A DNA stretch of 64,000 bases from Desulfosudaceae bacterium (GTDB lineage Bacteria > Desulfobacterota > Desulfobacteria > Desulfobacterales > Desulfosudaceae). Location of the stretch: NCBI GenBank assembly GCA_963674745.2, contig CAXXDV010000003.1, positions 160,001 to 224,000 of the forward strand. The letters run 5' to 3'. The notes under the pieces are model-generated. The model ran no database searches. It saw nothing but the letters and a program-made list of their open reading frames with translations, and had not been told where the DNA came from. Made by a program: the position numbers and the translations under genes. This document shows, one piece after another, positions 49,217-57,889 of the stretch (the first letter of the stretch is position 1; every line of letters starts with the position of its first letter).

Positions 49217-50734
49217 ATGACTACTCTATCTTATAAGGATTATCCGGAGAAACCGGTCGTTATCGACAGCCTTTCGGTTGTGTTCATGAAGCAGTCAAGA
49301 TTCGTTCCATTGAACCTGGATGGTGACTTAATGAAAATCGCCATGGCCGATCCCGAAGACTTTTACACCATAGACACCCTTAAGCTGGCCTGTAACCTGG
49401 CCGTCGAGGTATACCGGGGCAACGAGGAAGATATCCTGGCGGCCATCGAGCGGTTATATGGTTCCGGAAGTCAGTCCATGGAGACGATTATTGAAGAAGC
49501 GGATAAAGATACCGACGATGTTTCGTCCGAGGGCGTCATTGATGCCGATCATCTTAGGGATATCGCTTCAGAAGCGCCGATCATCAGGCTGGTGAACCGG
49601 CTTATTTTAAATGCCGTGGAAGAAGGCGCCAGTGATATCCATTTCGAGCCCTTTGAAAACGAGTTCAAGGTCAGATACCGTATTGACGGTGTCCTGCACA
49701 ACGCCGAATCGCCGCCCAATCGATTGAAGGATGCCATTATTTCCAGGGTCAAAATCATGGCCAAAATGGATATTGCTGAAAGACGCCTTCCCCGGGACGG
49801 CAGGATCAAGCTCAAAGTGCTTGACAGGGAGATTGATTTTCGTGTTTCCACATTGCCGACCGTGTTCGGCGAAAGCCTGGTCATGCGGGTACTGGATCGG
49901 GAGGCACTGATTCTTGATCTTGAAAAACTGGGCCTGCCCGACGCGCTTCTCCCGGATTATATTGATTTAATCAAAAAACCTTACGGCATGATCCTGGTCA
50001 CCGGTCCCACCGGAAGCGGTAAAACCACCACCCTGTACACCACCCTGGCCAAGATCAATGCCCCGGAAAACAAGATTATTACCCTAGAAGAGCCCGTGGA
50101 ATATCAGCTGCGGGGCATTAACCAGATCCAGGTCAACACGAAAATCGGCATGACCTTTGCCAGTGGTCTGCGTTCCATCGTTCGACAGGACCCGGATATC
50201 ATTCTGGTCGGTGAAATAAGGGACAGGGAAACCGCGGAAACCGCTATCCAATCCGCCCTTACGGGCCACCTGCTGTTCAGCACCCTGCATACGAATGACG
50301 CGGCCGGCGCCATTTCCCGGCTGCTGGATATCGGTGTGGAAAATTTTCTGCTGAGCTCGACGCTGCTGGGTATTCTGGCCCAGCGGCTGGTCCGGGTAAT
50401 CTGCCCCAATTGCAGGCAGCAGGTAGTGCCGGAAGAAAAGTTGGTAAAAGCCATGAACCTGAGTCCGCGAGAGGTCCGGGAGGTGGAATTTTTTGCCGGG
50501 CGGGGATGTGATGCCTGCAACCATACCGGATTTAAAGGGCGGATCGGCATTTTTGAATATATCCCGGTTGATGAAGATATCAGAAGAGAAATTACGGCCA
50601 AGTCCGGCACCGAGCGGGTGAAGGCGGTGGCCAAAGAAAAAGGGCTGCTGACATTGCGGCAGGACGGCTGGAACAAGGTCAAACAGGGCATCACCACCAT
50701 TTCCGAAGTGTTGCGGGTAACGCTGGAGCAATAA
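49217..50734 (+). CDS. gspE: Type II secretion ATPase GspE
   Basis: 'ASDIHFEP', 'GPTGSGKTT', 'RQDPD', 'TGHL', tetracysteine motif. Confidence 0.95.
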   Translation: MTTLSYKDYPEKPVVIDSLSVVFMKQSRFVPLNLDGDLMKIAMADPEDFYTIDTLKLACNLAVEVYRGNEEDILAAIERLYGSGSQSMETIIEEADKDTDDVSSEGVIDADHLRDIASEAPIIRLVNRLILNAVEEGASDIHFEPFENEFKVRYRIDGVLHNAESPPNRLKDAIISRVKIMAKMDIAERRLPRDGRIKLKVLDREIDFRVSTLPTVFGESLVMRVLDREALILDLEKLGLPDALLPDYIDLIKKPYGMILVTGPTGSGKTTTLYTTLAKINAPENKIITLEEPVEYQLRGINQIQVNTKIGMTFASGLRSIVRQDPDIILVGEIRDRETAETAIQSALTGHLLFSTLHTNDAAGAISRLLDIGVENFLLSSTLLGILAQRLVRVICPNCRQQVVPEEKLVKAMNLSPREVREVEFFAGRGCDACNHTGFKGRIGIFEYIPVDEDIRREITAKSGTERVKAVAKEKGLLTLRQDGWNKVKQGITTISEVLRVTLEQ

Positions 50735-51964
50735 ATGTCCATTTATTCATATAAAGCAACGGATTCTGACGGCAGACTGGTTACCGGGACCCTGGAAGCG
50801 GCTGAAGAAAAGGATGCCGTAGCCGTGCTCAGGGATATGCGGTATATCCCCATCAGGATCACTCCTGTCAAAAGGAGTCCCCTGGGTCTGGATGCCGGCC
50901 TGTCAACGGGTATGAAAGCGGTTTTCAACCGGGTTTCTTCCAGGGATGTAGTGGCTTTCACCCAGGACCTGTCCACGCTGCTTGAAGCCGGCGTGCCCCT
51001 TGACCGGTCACTGTCTATTCTGATCGATGTGGCGGGCCGGGAAAAGTTTAAAAACATTCTCAGGGATGTGTTGAAAAGTATTCAGGGCGGAAGTTATCTG
51101 TCCAACGCGCTGGAAAAATACCCGCGGGTGTTTTCTTCTTTTTATGTCAGCATGGTCAAGGCCGGAGAAGCCGGCGGCGTTCTGGATGAGGTGCTCAAGC
51201 GACTCGGCAGTTTCCTCGAGAGCTCCCAGGAGTTTAAGGATTATATCAAGTCGGCCATGATTTACCCGGTATTTCTGGTGCTGGTCGGCGGTTTATCCAT
51301 TATTATCCTGCTGACTTTCGTGATGCCCAGGTTTTCCGTCATTTTTGCCGATATGGGGCAAACCATACCGCTGTCCACCCGAATGCTGCTGGTGCTGGGA
51401 ACGGTATTGAAGTCATATTGGCCGTTCATCCTGGGCGGTCTGGTGGCCGTATGTTTTTTGATCACGCGTTATCTGAAAACACCGGCCGGCAGTTTATGGC
51501 TGGACCGTTTCAAACTCAAATCGGCGCTCGTCGGTGAACTGGTCGGGAAAATCGAGGTGGCCCGGTTCGCCAGGACGCTGGGAACGCTGGAGCAAAGCGG
51601 GGTGCCTATTCTTCAGGCCCTGAACCTGGTGACGGGTATTGTCGGTAACCAGTTGATTTCCAGGCGCCTGGAAAGTGTTTACAACCAGGTCAAGAAAGGT
51701 GAAAAGCTGTCCCGCTCGTTGAGCGAAATCGATGTATTCCCGCCGCTGGCCATCCAGATGATCATTGTCGGCGAGGAAACCGGCCGGATGGGTGAAATGC
51801 TTCTCCGCCTGGCGGAAAATTACGAAAAATCATCACGGAACGCCATCAGTCGGATGATCAGTTTTCTGGAACCGGCCATGATTCTGGGGATGGGGATAAT
51901 CGTAGGGTTTGTCGTTATTTCGATGATGACAGCCATGTTCAGTGTTTATGAAATGCCTTTTTAA
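50735..51964 (+). CDS. gspF: Type II secretion inner-membrane platform GspF
   Basis: 'LSTLLEAGVPL', 'AGEAGG', 'AMIYP', 'VGEETG', 'LEP'. Confidence 0.95.
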   Translation: MSIYSYKATDSDGRLVTGTLEAAEEKDAVAVLRDMRYIPIRITPVKRSPLGLDAGLSTGMKAVFNRVSSRDVVAFTQDLSTLLEAGVPLDRSLSILIDVAGREKFKNILRDVLKSIQGGSYLSNALEKYPRVFSSFYVSMVKAGEAGGVLDEVLKRLGSFLESSQEFKDYIKSAMIYPVFLVLVGGLSIIILLTFVMPRFSVIFADMGQTIPLSTRMLLVLGTVLKSYWPFILGGLVAVCFLITRYLKTPAGSLWLDRFKLKSALVGELVGKIEVARFARTLGTLEQSGVPILQALNLVTGIVGNQLISRRLESVYNQVKKGEKLSRSLSEIDVFPPLAIQMIIVGEETGRMGEMLLRLAENYEKSSRNAISRMISFLEPAMILGMGIIVGFVVISMMTAMFSVYEMPF

Positions 51965-51977
51965 GAGGATGTGCTGT

Positions 51978-52400
51978 ATGAAAAGTTTTAAAAACAGTCA
52001 GGGGTTTTCCCTTATGGAGCTTTTGATTGCCATGGTTATTCTGGCCCTGTTGGCCAGCCTGGTCGGTCCCAAGTTGTTTAAGAACATCGGCAAGTCTGAA
52101 CGTAAAACAGCCAAGGCCCAGATATCGCTTTTTGAAACCGGGATCGGCCTCTACCGGCTGGATGTGGGAAAATTCCCGACCATGGAACAGGGGCTTCAGG
52201 CACTCAGGGAAAAGCCCAACGGGGTGGAAAACTGGGACGGCCCTTATCTTGAGAAAGAGTTGCCGCTGGACCCCTGGGGACACCCTTATGTCTATCAATA
52301 TCCCGGGCAACATGGTGATTATGATATTGTTTCGCTGGGCGCGGACGGCAGTCCCGGCGGAGAAGATGAGAATAAAGACATTGCCAGCTGGACGAACTAA
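51978..52400 (+). CDS. gspG: Major pseudopilin GspG
   Basis: G|FSLMELL prepilin site, 'YRLDVGKFPT', 'WDGPYL', 'DPWG', 'SLGADG'. Confidence 0.95.
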   Translation: MKSFKNSQGFSLMELLIAMVILALLASLVGPKLFKNIGKSERKTAKAQISLFETGIGLYRLDVGKFPTMEQGLQALREKPNGVENWDGPYLEKELPLDPWGHPYVYQYPGQHGDYDIVSLGADGSPGGEDENKDIASWTN

Positions 52401-52971
52401 TACCACCGGGGCCCGGTTTCCGGCGTTCCGGCGCAATTATGGCGGCTTTACGCTGCTGGAGCTGATCGTCGTTCTGGTGATCGTCAGCCTCATGTCGGCC
52501 CTGATTGCGCCCAGGCTGACCGGGCCGATGCGCAACCTGGATTTGAAAACGGCGGCCAAAAGAATTTCAGCTTCCCTCCGATACGCTCGCAGCCGGGCCG
52601 CCACGGAAAAGGCCATTTATGTGGCACTGTTTGACTTTGACAACAACCGGCTGATCGTCGGGGACACCCCCCTGGCCATGCGGGATTTTCTTATTAATGA
52701 TCAGGCGGCGATTAAACGGGTATTGACGACGCAACTGGACAGGCATCCGGAGCGGCTGAAACTTTACCAGCCACCCGAAGGTATTAAGCTGGAAAAGGGC
52801 ATTTCGCGGGAAAATACGGTGGGTTCCGGTTTTTTTCCGGTTTTTTTCTTTCCCACCGGTGCCAGCAGCGGTGGTGAAATAATGGTGGCCAATCAACGGG
52901 GACGGCAGTACAGCGTCACCATTGATTTTATCACCGGCATGGTCCGATTATCAGAGGTGATGACGTCATGA
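52366..52971 (+). CDS. gspH: Minor pseudopilin GspH
   Basis: G|FTLLE, 'FFPTGASSGG'. ATG 52366 with SD GGAG overlaps the 3' end of gspG. Confidence 0.88.
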   Translation: MRIKTLPAGRTNTTGARFPAFRRNYGGFTLLELIVVLVIVSLMSALIAPRLTGPMRNLDLKTAAKRISASLRYARSRAATEKAIYVALFDFDNNRLIVGDTPLAMRDFLINDQAAIKRVLTTQLDRHPERLKLYQPPEGIKLEKGISRENTVGSGFFPVFFFPTGASSGGEIMVANQRGRQYSVTIDFITGMVRLSEVMTS

Positions 52972-53360
52972 ACAAAGGGTTTACCCTGATAGAGGTCCTG
53001 GTGGCCATGTCCATCCTGGCTATCTCACTGGTGGTGGTCTTGCAGGTTTTTTCCGGCGGTTTGAAAGCGGCCCGCCTGTCGGATGCGTATACACAGGGTG
53101 TTTTTTATGCCAGAGAGAAAATGGACGAAATTCTTCTGGCCGAAGACCTGACCGCCGGGGTTATCCGTGGCGAGTTTGAGGACGGTTTCAGATGGCGGGC
53201 GGAGGCGCTGGGGATGGATCTCCCGGATGCAGAGGGGGTGAGGTTACCCTTTCGCGCTTTTAATATAAAGGTGGATGTCAGCTGGACGGAAGGATCAAAG
53301 GAAAAACATTTCGCGGTCAGCACCATCAAGCTGGTGGGACCGGCTGAGGATACCATCTGA
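52968..53360 (+). CDS. gspI: Minor pseudopilin GspI
   Basis: G|FTLIEVLVA and position in the cluster. Confidence 0.88.
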   Translation: MNKGFTLIEVLVAMSILAISLVVVLQVFSGGLKAARLSDAYTQGVFYAREKMDEILLAEDLTAGVIRGEFEDGFRWRAEALGMDLPDAEGVRLPFRAFNIKVDVSWTEGSKEKHFAVSTIKLVGPAEDTI

Positions 53361-54004
53361 TGAGGTACCGCAACAGAAAATGGTTTCCTGACGGGTTATC
53401 CAAAGACGGCTTTACGTTGCTGGAATTGCTGATATCGATGACCATTATGGCCATGATCGTGGTGATCATATTCGGCGGCTTCAGGGTCGGTGTCCGGGCC
53501 TGGGAAAAAGGTGAAAGTTCGGTTGCCGGTCGTCAGCGACAACGCATTGTGCTTGATTTGATCAGGCATCAGCTGGCGTCAATCTGCGCTGCGGAAGTCC
53601 GGGATCCGGAGGGTGAGCCGGTCCGTTTTAAGGGTAACAGAACATCCATGGCCTTTGTGTCCCACCTGGCGCTTGTCCCCGGGCCCCAGGCAGGGCCGGC
53701 TTATGTTCAATATGCCGTTCAAAAGAACGCCGGGGACGAGACGGTGCGCCTGGCCTTTTACGAAAGGGCGGCGACGTCGCCGGAAATGGAGACGGATCCG
53801 GAAGGCGGGTTTTACGAACTGCTTTCCGGTGTCAAAAGTATTGCCTTTGAATACTTAAAAATACGGACGGATGAAACGGAATCACCATGGCAGGAGAGCT
53901 GGGATGCCGCTTTTGACAGGGGGCTTCCCCAGGCCATCCGGATAACGCTTCTGGAAAACGAGGATAAATCGCCGGTCTATGTGATCGCGGCGGCAGGTAT
54001 GTGA
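53360..54004 (+). CDS. gspJ: Minor pseudopilin GspJ
   Basis: G|FTLLE, C-terminal 'WQESWD...LPQAIRI'. Confidence 0.88.
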   Translation: MRYRNRKWFPDGLSKDGFTLLELLISMTIMAMIVVIIFGGFRVGVRAWEKGESSVAGRQRQRIVLDLIRHQLASICAAEVRDPEGEPVRFKGNRTSMAFVSHLALVPGPQAGPAYVQYAVQKNAGDETVRLAFYERAATSPEMETDPEGGFYELLSGVKSIAFEYLKIRTDETESPWQESWDAAFDRGLPQAIRITLLENEDKSPVYVIAAAGM

Positions 54005-54017
54005 AGGACGGTGTTGC

Positions 54018-55028
54018 TTGAAGGGGTTTTTGAAAGACGAGCGCGGTATTGCGCTTATTCTGGTACTCTGGGTAATGGTGCTTCTGACGGTCATTGCGGG
54101 TGAGTTCTCTCATACCATCGGCACGGAAGTCGAAATAACCCGTAATTTCAAGGAAGAAACCCAGGCCTATTATATTGCCAAAGCCGGGATGTTCTGGATG
54201 ATCGGGGAACTGGTCGCCAATACCTACCTGCCGCATCCCGGATTTTTCAAGGGTAATGAAGATACGGCAGATGATTTACGCTGGCGACTGACCTATGATA
54301 TGCCCGCGATCCCGTTCGGAGAAGGGCAGTTTCAAGTTAGAAAGGAAAACGAAAGCGGGAAGGTCAATTTGAATCTGGCCGGTCGAGGACTGCTGCGGAT
54401 GATGCTCAATGATTTTGAAATTGAAGACGCCGAAAAAGAAATTATCGTGGACTCCATAATGGACTGGCGTGATCAAAACGGCCTGACCCATACCAACGGT
54501 GCCGAGAATGAGTATTATCAGTCACTTCCGGAGCCCTATAGGTGTAAGAACGGTGATTTTACAACCATAGAAGAACTGCTTCTTGTCAGAGGGGTGACAC
54601 CCGGGATATTCTATGGTGGATTACGGGAAATGGTGTCTGTCTGTCAGGATGCGGACGATTCGATTAAGGCCGGCAGCAAGCGAAAGGCAATGGTCGATTT
54701 CAACCGGATAAACATCAATGCCGCTTCGGCACGAATGTTGCGTTCCCTTCCCGGTATGACCGAGGACAGCGTTGAAGCGGTCCTGGCGTTTCGTGACAAA
54801 CGGAATTTCCGGTCACGGTCCGAGCTGTATACGGCTGTCGGGCCGGAAACGTACAGGGCCATTTCGACATATATGACAATGAAGCCATCGCCTTATTATA
54901 CACTTCAATCAACAGGGCTGGCCAGGGAGAATCAGGCGCAGAAGGGTGTCCGTGCGGTGGTTAAGATTGATCGCAAACTTGAAAAAGGTTATGAGATTAT
55001 CCAGTGGGTCGATGGTCTTGAATACTGA
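54018..55028 (+). CDS. gspK: Minor pseudopilin GspK
   Basis: G|IALILVLW (no E5), 'ESGKVNLN', 'DWRD', 'GAE', 'EELLLVRG', 'ININAA'. Confidence 0.92.
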   Translation: MKGFLKDERGIALILVLWVMVLLTVIAGEFSHTIGTEVEITRNFKEETQAYYIAKAGMFWMIGELVANTYLPHPGFFKGNEDTADDLRWRLTYDMPAIPFGEGQFQVRKENESGKVNLNLAGRGLLRMMLNDFEIEDAEKEIIVDSIMDWRDQNGLTHTNGAENEYYQSLPEPYRCKNGDFTTIEELLLVRGVTPGIFYGGLREMVSVCQDADDSIKAGSKRKAMVDFNRININAASARMLRSLPGMTEDSVEAVLAFRDKRNFRSRSELYTAVGPETYRAISTYMTMKPSPYYTLQSTGLARENQAQKGVRAVVKIDRKLEKGYEIIQWVDGLEY

Positions 55029-55115
55029 TTCTGACAATGATATCAGTATATTTAAAAATCGCTTTTACAGCCAAAAGGGCTTTTATGCGGGTGGACGTCG
55101 CAGGGAGGGCGGGCT

Positions 55116-56486
55116 TTGAATTTTCAGGCTAGTGTCGGCATTAATATTGAAAAGCACCGGGTTTCGCTGGTTTACCTGAAAAGATCGCTTAAGGGGGTCT
55201 CTCTGGCGGGACAGGCCATCCATGGCCTTGAAAAGCCGGAAGGTGAAAGCCGGGCAGCTGAAGTCGCCGAGCGCGTTAACGAATTTTTAAACAACCACCA
55301 GATTCCCTCGGCGGATATCTTTATCGGCATTCCCCGGGGCCTGGCCATCCTTCGCTATCTTGAACTGCCGCTGGCCGTCAAAGAAAACCTCAAAGGAACA
55401 TTGACTTATGAGATGGAGAAATATGTTCCATTGGCCGTGAGTGATATCTATTTTGACTTTCAGATACTTGAAGAGGACAAGGCAGCGGGAAACATGACGG
55501 TCCTGCTGATCGCTGTCCGCAAAGCGGTGATTGACCCCTATCTTCAAACCGGCAACCGGCCGGGTACAGGCATATCGGGGATAGAGATCAGTTCAACCGC
55601 TCTGGTGAACGCCTTTTCGCGCAAACCAGGGGCTCCGGAATCAGACGTCTATGCCTTTGTGTTGAACCGGGATGATCACTATGAGCTGGGTGTTGTCGAA
55701 AAGAACCGGTTGAGCTACTCCAGGCACGTCCCCAAAAGTCAAAAAGGCGATGACCCGCGGTTTCTTGTGAGTGAAGAACTGGACCTGCTCAGAAAAAAGG
55801 TCGGGTCTGAACCGGACAAGCTTGAAATTGTCATTTCCAGCACCGACGACAGTGTAATGGAACCGGTCAGCCAACGGGAAGACCTCGATGCCGGCGCCGT
55901 GGACCTTTCCGGAACGGGACTTTCGTCGGACCTTCTGGCGTCCGCCTACGGTCTGGCTTTAAAAGGTCTTCACGGCATGCCGATGGATATCAATCTGCTT
56001 CCCGTTGATTTGAGAAAAAAGGTCAGCCAGGCGCCTTATTATACTTTGTTTGCCCTGGTCGGCCTGCTTATCATTGCCATCCTGGCCTGGGGCGCCAGCA
56101 ACGTCATTCAACAGCAACGCACCGTCGCCGGACTCGAAAGGGAATTAAAACAGCTCAGGACTGAAGCGGCGGCCGTGAACCGCATCAGGGACCGCATGAA
56201 TGAAGTGGAGCGCCGGATAGAAGAGGTGAATGTGTTTCGAAAGCAGCATGTTCCGGCCCTGAATCTGCTGCGGGAATTGAGCGGTGAGATTCCTGATACT
56301 GCCTGGTTCAACCGTTTTTATATGACGGAGGATAAAGGGGATATTGAAGGTTATACCGATTCCGCTTCGGCATTGATCCCCCTGCTGGCATCTTCGCCCT
56401 TGCTCAAAGATGTGGCCTTTCTGTCGCCCATCACCAAGGATGGCGATGGTAAGGAGAAATTCCGGATCGGTTTTAATTTAAGATGA
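55116..56486 (+). CDS. gspL: GspL (PilM/PilN-like) T2SS assembly protein
   Basis: Actin-like N-terminal domain, 'INLLP', single TM, coiled coil, PilN-like C-terminus. Confidence 0.82.
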   Translation: MNFQASVGINIEKHRVSLVYLKRSLKGVSLAGQAIHGLEKPEGESRAAEVAERVNEFLNNHQIPSADIFIGIPRGLAILRYLELPLAVKENLKGTLTYEMEKYVPLAVSDIYFDFQILEEDKAAGNMTVLLIAVRKAVIDPYLQTGNRPGTGISGIEISSTALVNAFSRKPGAPESDVYAFVLNRDDHYELGVVEKNRLSYSRHVPKSQKGDDPRFLVSEELDLLRKKVGSEPDKLEIVISSTDDSVMEPVSQREDLDAGAVDLSGTGLSSDLLASAYGLALKGLHGMPMDINLLPVDLRKKVSQAPYYTLFALVGLLIIAILAWGASNVIQQQRTVAGLERELKQLRTEAAAVNRIRDRMNEVERRIEEVNVFRKQHVPALNLLRELSGEIPDTAWFNRFYMTEDKGDIEGYTDSASALIPLLASSPLLKDVAFLSPITKDGDGKEKFRIGFNLR

Positions 56487-56511
56487 TATACTGGATGAAC
56501 GGTTTGTTGAT

Positions 56512-57123
56512 ATGAAAAAACCTGTCATGGAAACATTAAAACGTCAGTGGCTGGAACTGGCCGCCAACCGGAGAACAAGAGCCATGTTAATCGGGTGCGC
56601 GATATTGTTTTTGTTCGTAATCGTTTTCCGGGTTTACCCTGTTTACGAGGGGATGGCGGGTGGTGAAACGGGCCGGACCGTGCTTGAAAAAAGTCTTGTC
56701 AAGTACCGGCAGGTGGTTGCTGGAAAAGCCGCGCTGGAAGCCGGGCTGACCATGCTTGAAAAATCCCTTCAACAGGCTGAAACAGGCCTGTTAGGCGGCG
56801 AAACCGCCGCGCTGGCGGCCGTTGACGTACAGAACACCCTTAACGAGATCGCCTATGCCAGCGGTGTGGAAATACAGCGCATGCAGGTGCTCAAACCGGA
56901 CACAAACAAGCAGGCATCGCCGCTTTATATCAACGTGCCGGTTCAATTCAGTGTCGTCGTCACCATCCGGCAACTGAAAGATATATTGTATAAAATCGAG
57001 ACCCATCCTCAGTTCTTTTTAACGTTGCAATGGATCAGGATCAACACCGCCGGGACCAGAGAGCCCAAACAGATCCGGTGCGATATGGCCGTTGCGGGTA
57101 TTATGAAAAATGTTAGCGAGTAA
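56512..57123 (+). CDS. gspM: GspM (PilO-like) T2SS assembly protein
   Basis: N-terminal TM, coiled coil and ferredoxin-like periplasmic domain; position in the cluster. Confidence 0.75.
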   Translation: MKKPVMETLKRQWLELAANRRTRAMLIGCAILFLFVIVFRVYPVYEGMAGGETGRTVLEKSLVKYRQVVAGKAALEAGLTMLEKSLQQAETGLLGGETAALAAVDVQNTLNEIAYASGVEIQRMQVLKPDTNKQASPLYINVPVQFSVVVTIRQLKDILYKIETHPQFFLTLQWIRINTAGTREPKQIRCDMAVAGIMKNVSE

Positions 57124-57128
57124 TCTAT

Positions 57129-57884
57129 ATGCTATTTGTTCCTTCCAGAATCTGGCTGATTAATATTGTCCTGACGGCATTGGTTGTGTTTTTCGGCATC
57201 CTGAGCGTTGACGTCTGGACCGGTAAACCCCCCGCGGTCCATGACCGTTCGGACGTTACGGATGCAAAAGCGCACCCGCCGGTCAAAAAAGTGACCAGCC
57301 GGATAACACCGCCGCCGGCAAATTATGACATCGTGGCGGAAAAAAATCTTTTTTCTCCGGACCGGATGGCTTCGACAACCGGGGCGTCGGATCAACCTCA
57401 GCCTCAGATTTCAGGGCATAAGATTTTTCTTTACGGCGTGGTTGAGATGGCCGGTCAAAAGCAGGCGCTGGTCAATCATCCCCTGACCGGGGAGGTGCCG
57501 GGCACGCGCGGGCAGACAGAAGATCAGTGGGTGAAAGAAGGCGATCTCATCGGTAACCTGAAGGTCGCTCAAATCGGCCAAGAAAAGATCGTTCTGGTCG
57601 AAGACGGGCAACGGTATGAAATCTTTCTCCATGATGAGAACAAGCCGGCACGCCGTCAGAACCCCGGCGCCCGGCCGCCGGCCGCCCCCACCGTCGTAGT
57701 GACCGGGGCGGAACCCAAAGCCCCGGCCCCTGCTGCTGTCAGCAGTGCGGCGCAGCCCCCGTCCCGACCGGCGCCGGCGCCTGAACCCGATGCGGCTAAA
57801 GAGGAGAAAAAGAAGCAGGTGACAGAGGATGGATATGAAATCGTGGAAACACCTTTTGGACCATTTAAAAGAAGGATAAAATAA
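57129..57884 (+). CDS. GspC-like protein (TM, HR-like domain, Pro/Ala-rich linker, no PDZ)
   Basis: 'IVAEKNLFSPDR', 'LYGVV', 'WVKEGDLIG', 'KIVL'. Directly before the secretin. Confidence 0.7.
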   Translation: MLFVPSRIWLINIVLTALVVFFGILSVDVWTGKPPAVHDRSDVTDAKAHPPVKKVTSRITPPPANYDIVAEKNLFSPDRMASTTGASDQPQPQISGHKIFLYGVVEMAGQKQALVNHPLTGEVPGTRGQTEDQWVKEGDLIGNLKVAQIGQEKIVLVEDGQRYEIFLHDENKPARRQNPGARPPAAPTVVVTGAEPKAPAPAAVSSAAQPPSRPAPAPEPDAAKEEKKKQVTEDGYEIVETPFGPFKRRIK

Positions 57885-57889
57885 AGTTT

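Noticed and set aside
52027..52365. Long N-terminal extension of gspH or a gspG/gspH frameshift
   Set aside because: This is an open frame overlapping the intact gspG. An SD-preceded ATG at 52366 gives a normal prepilin leader.
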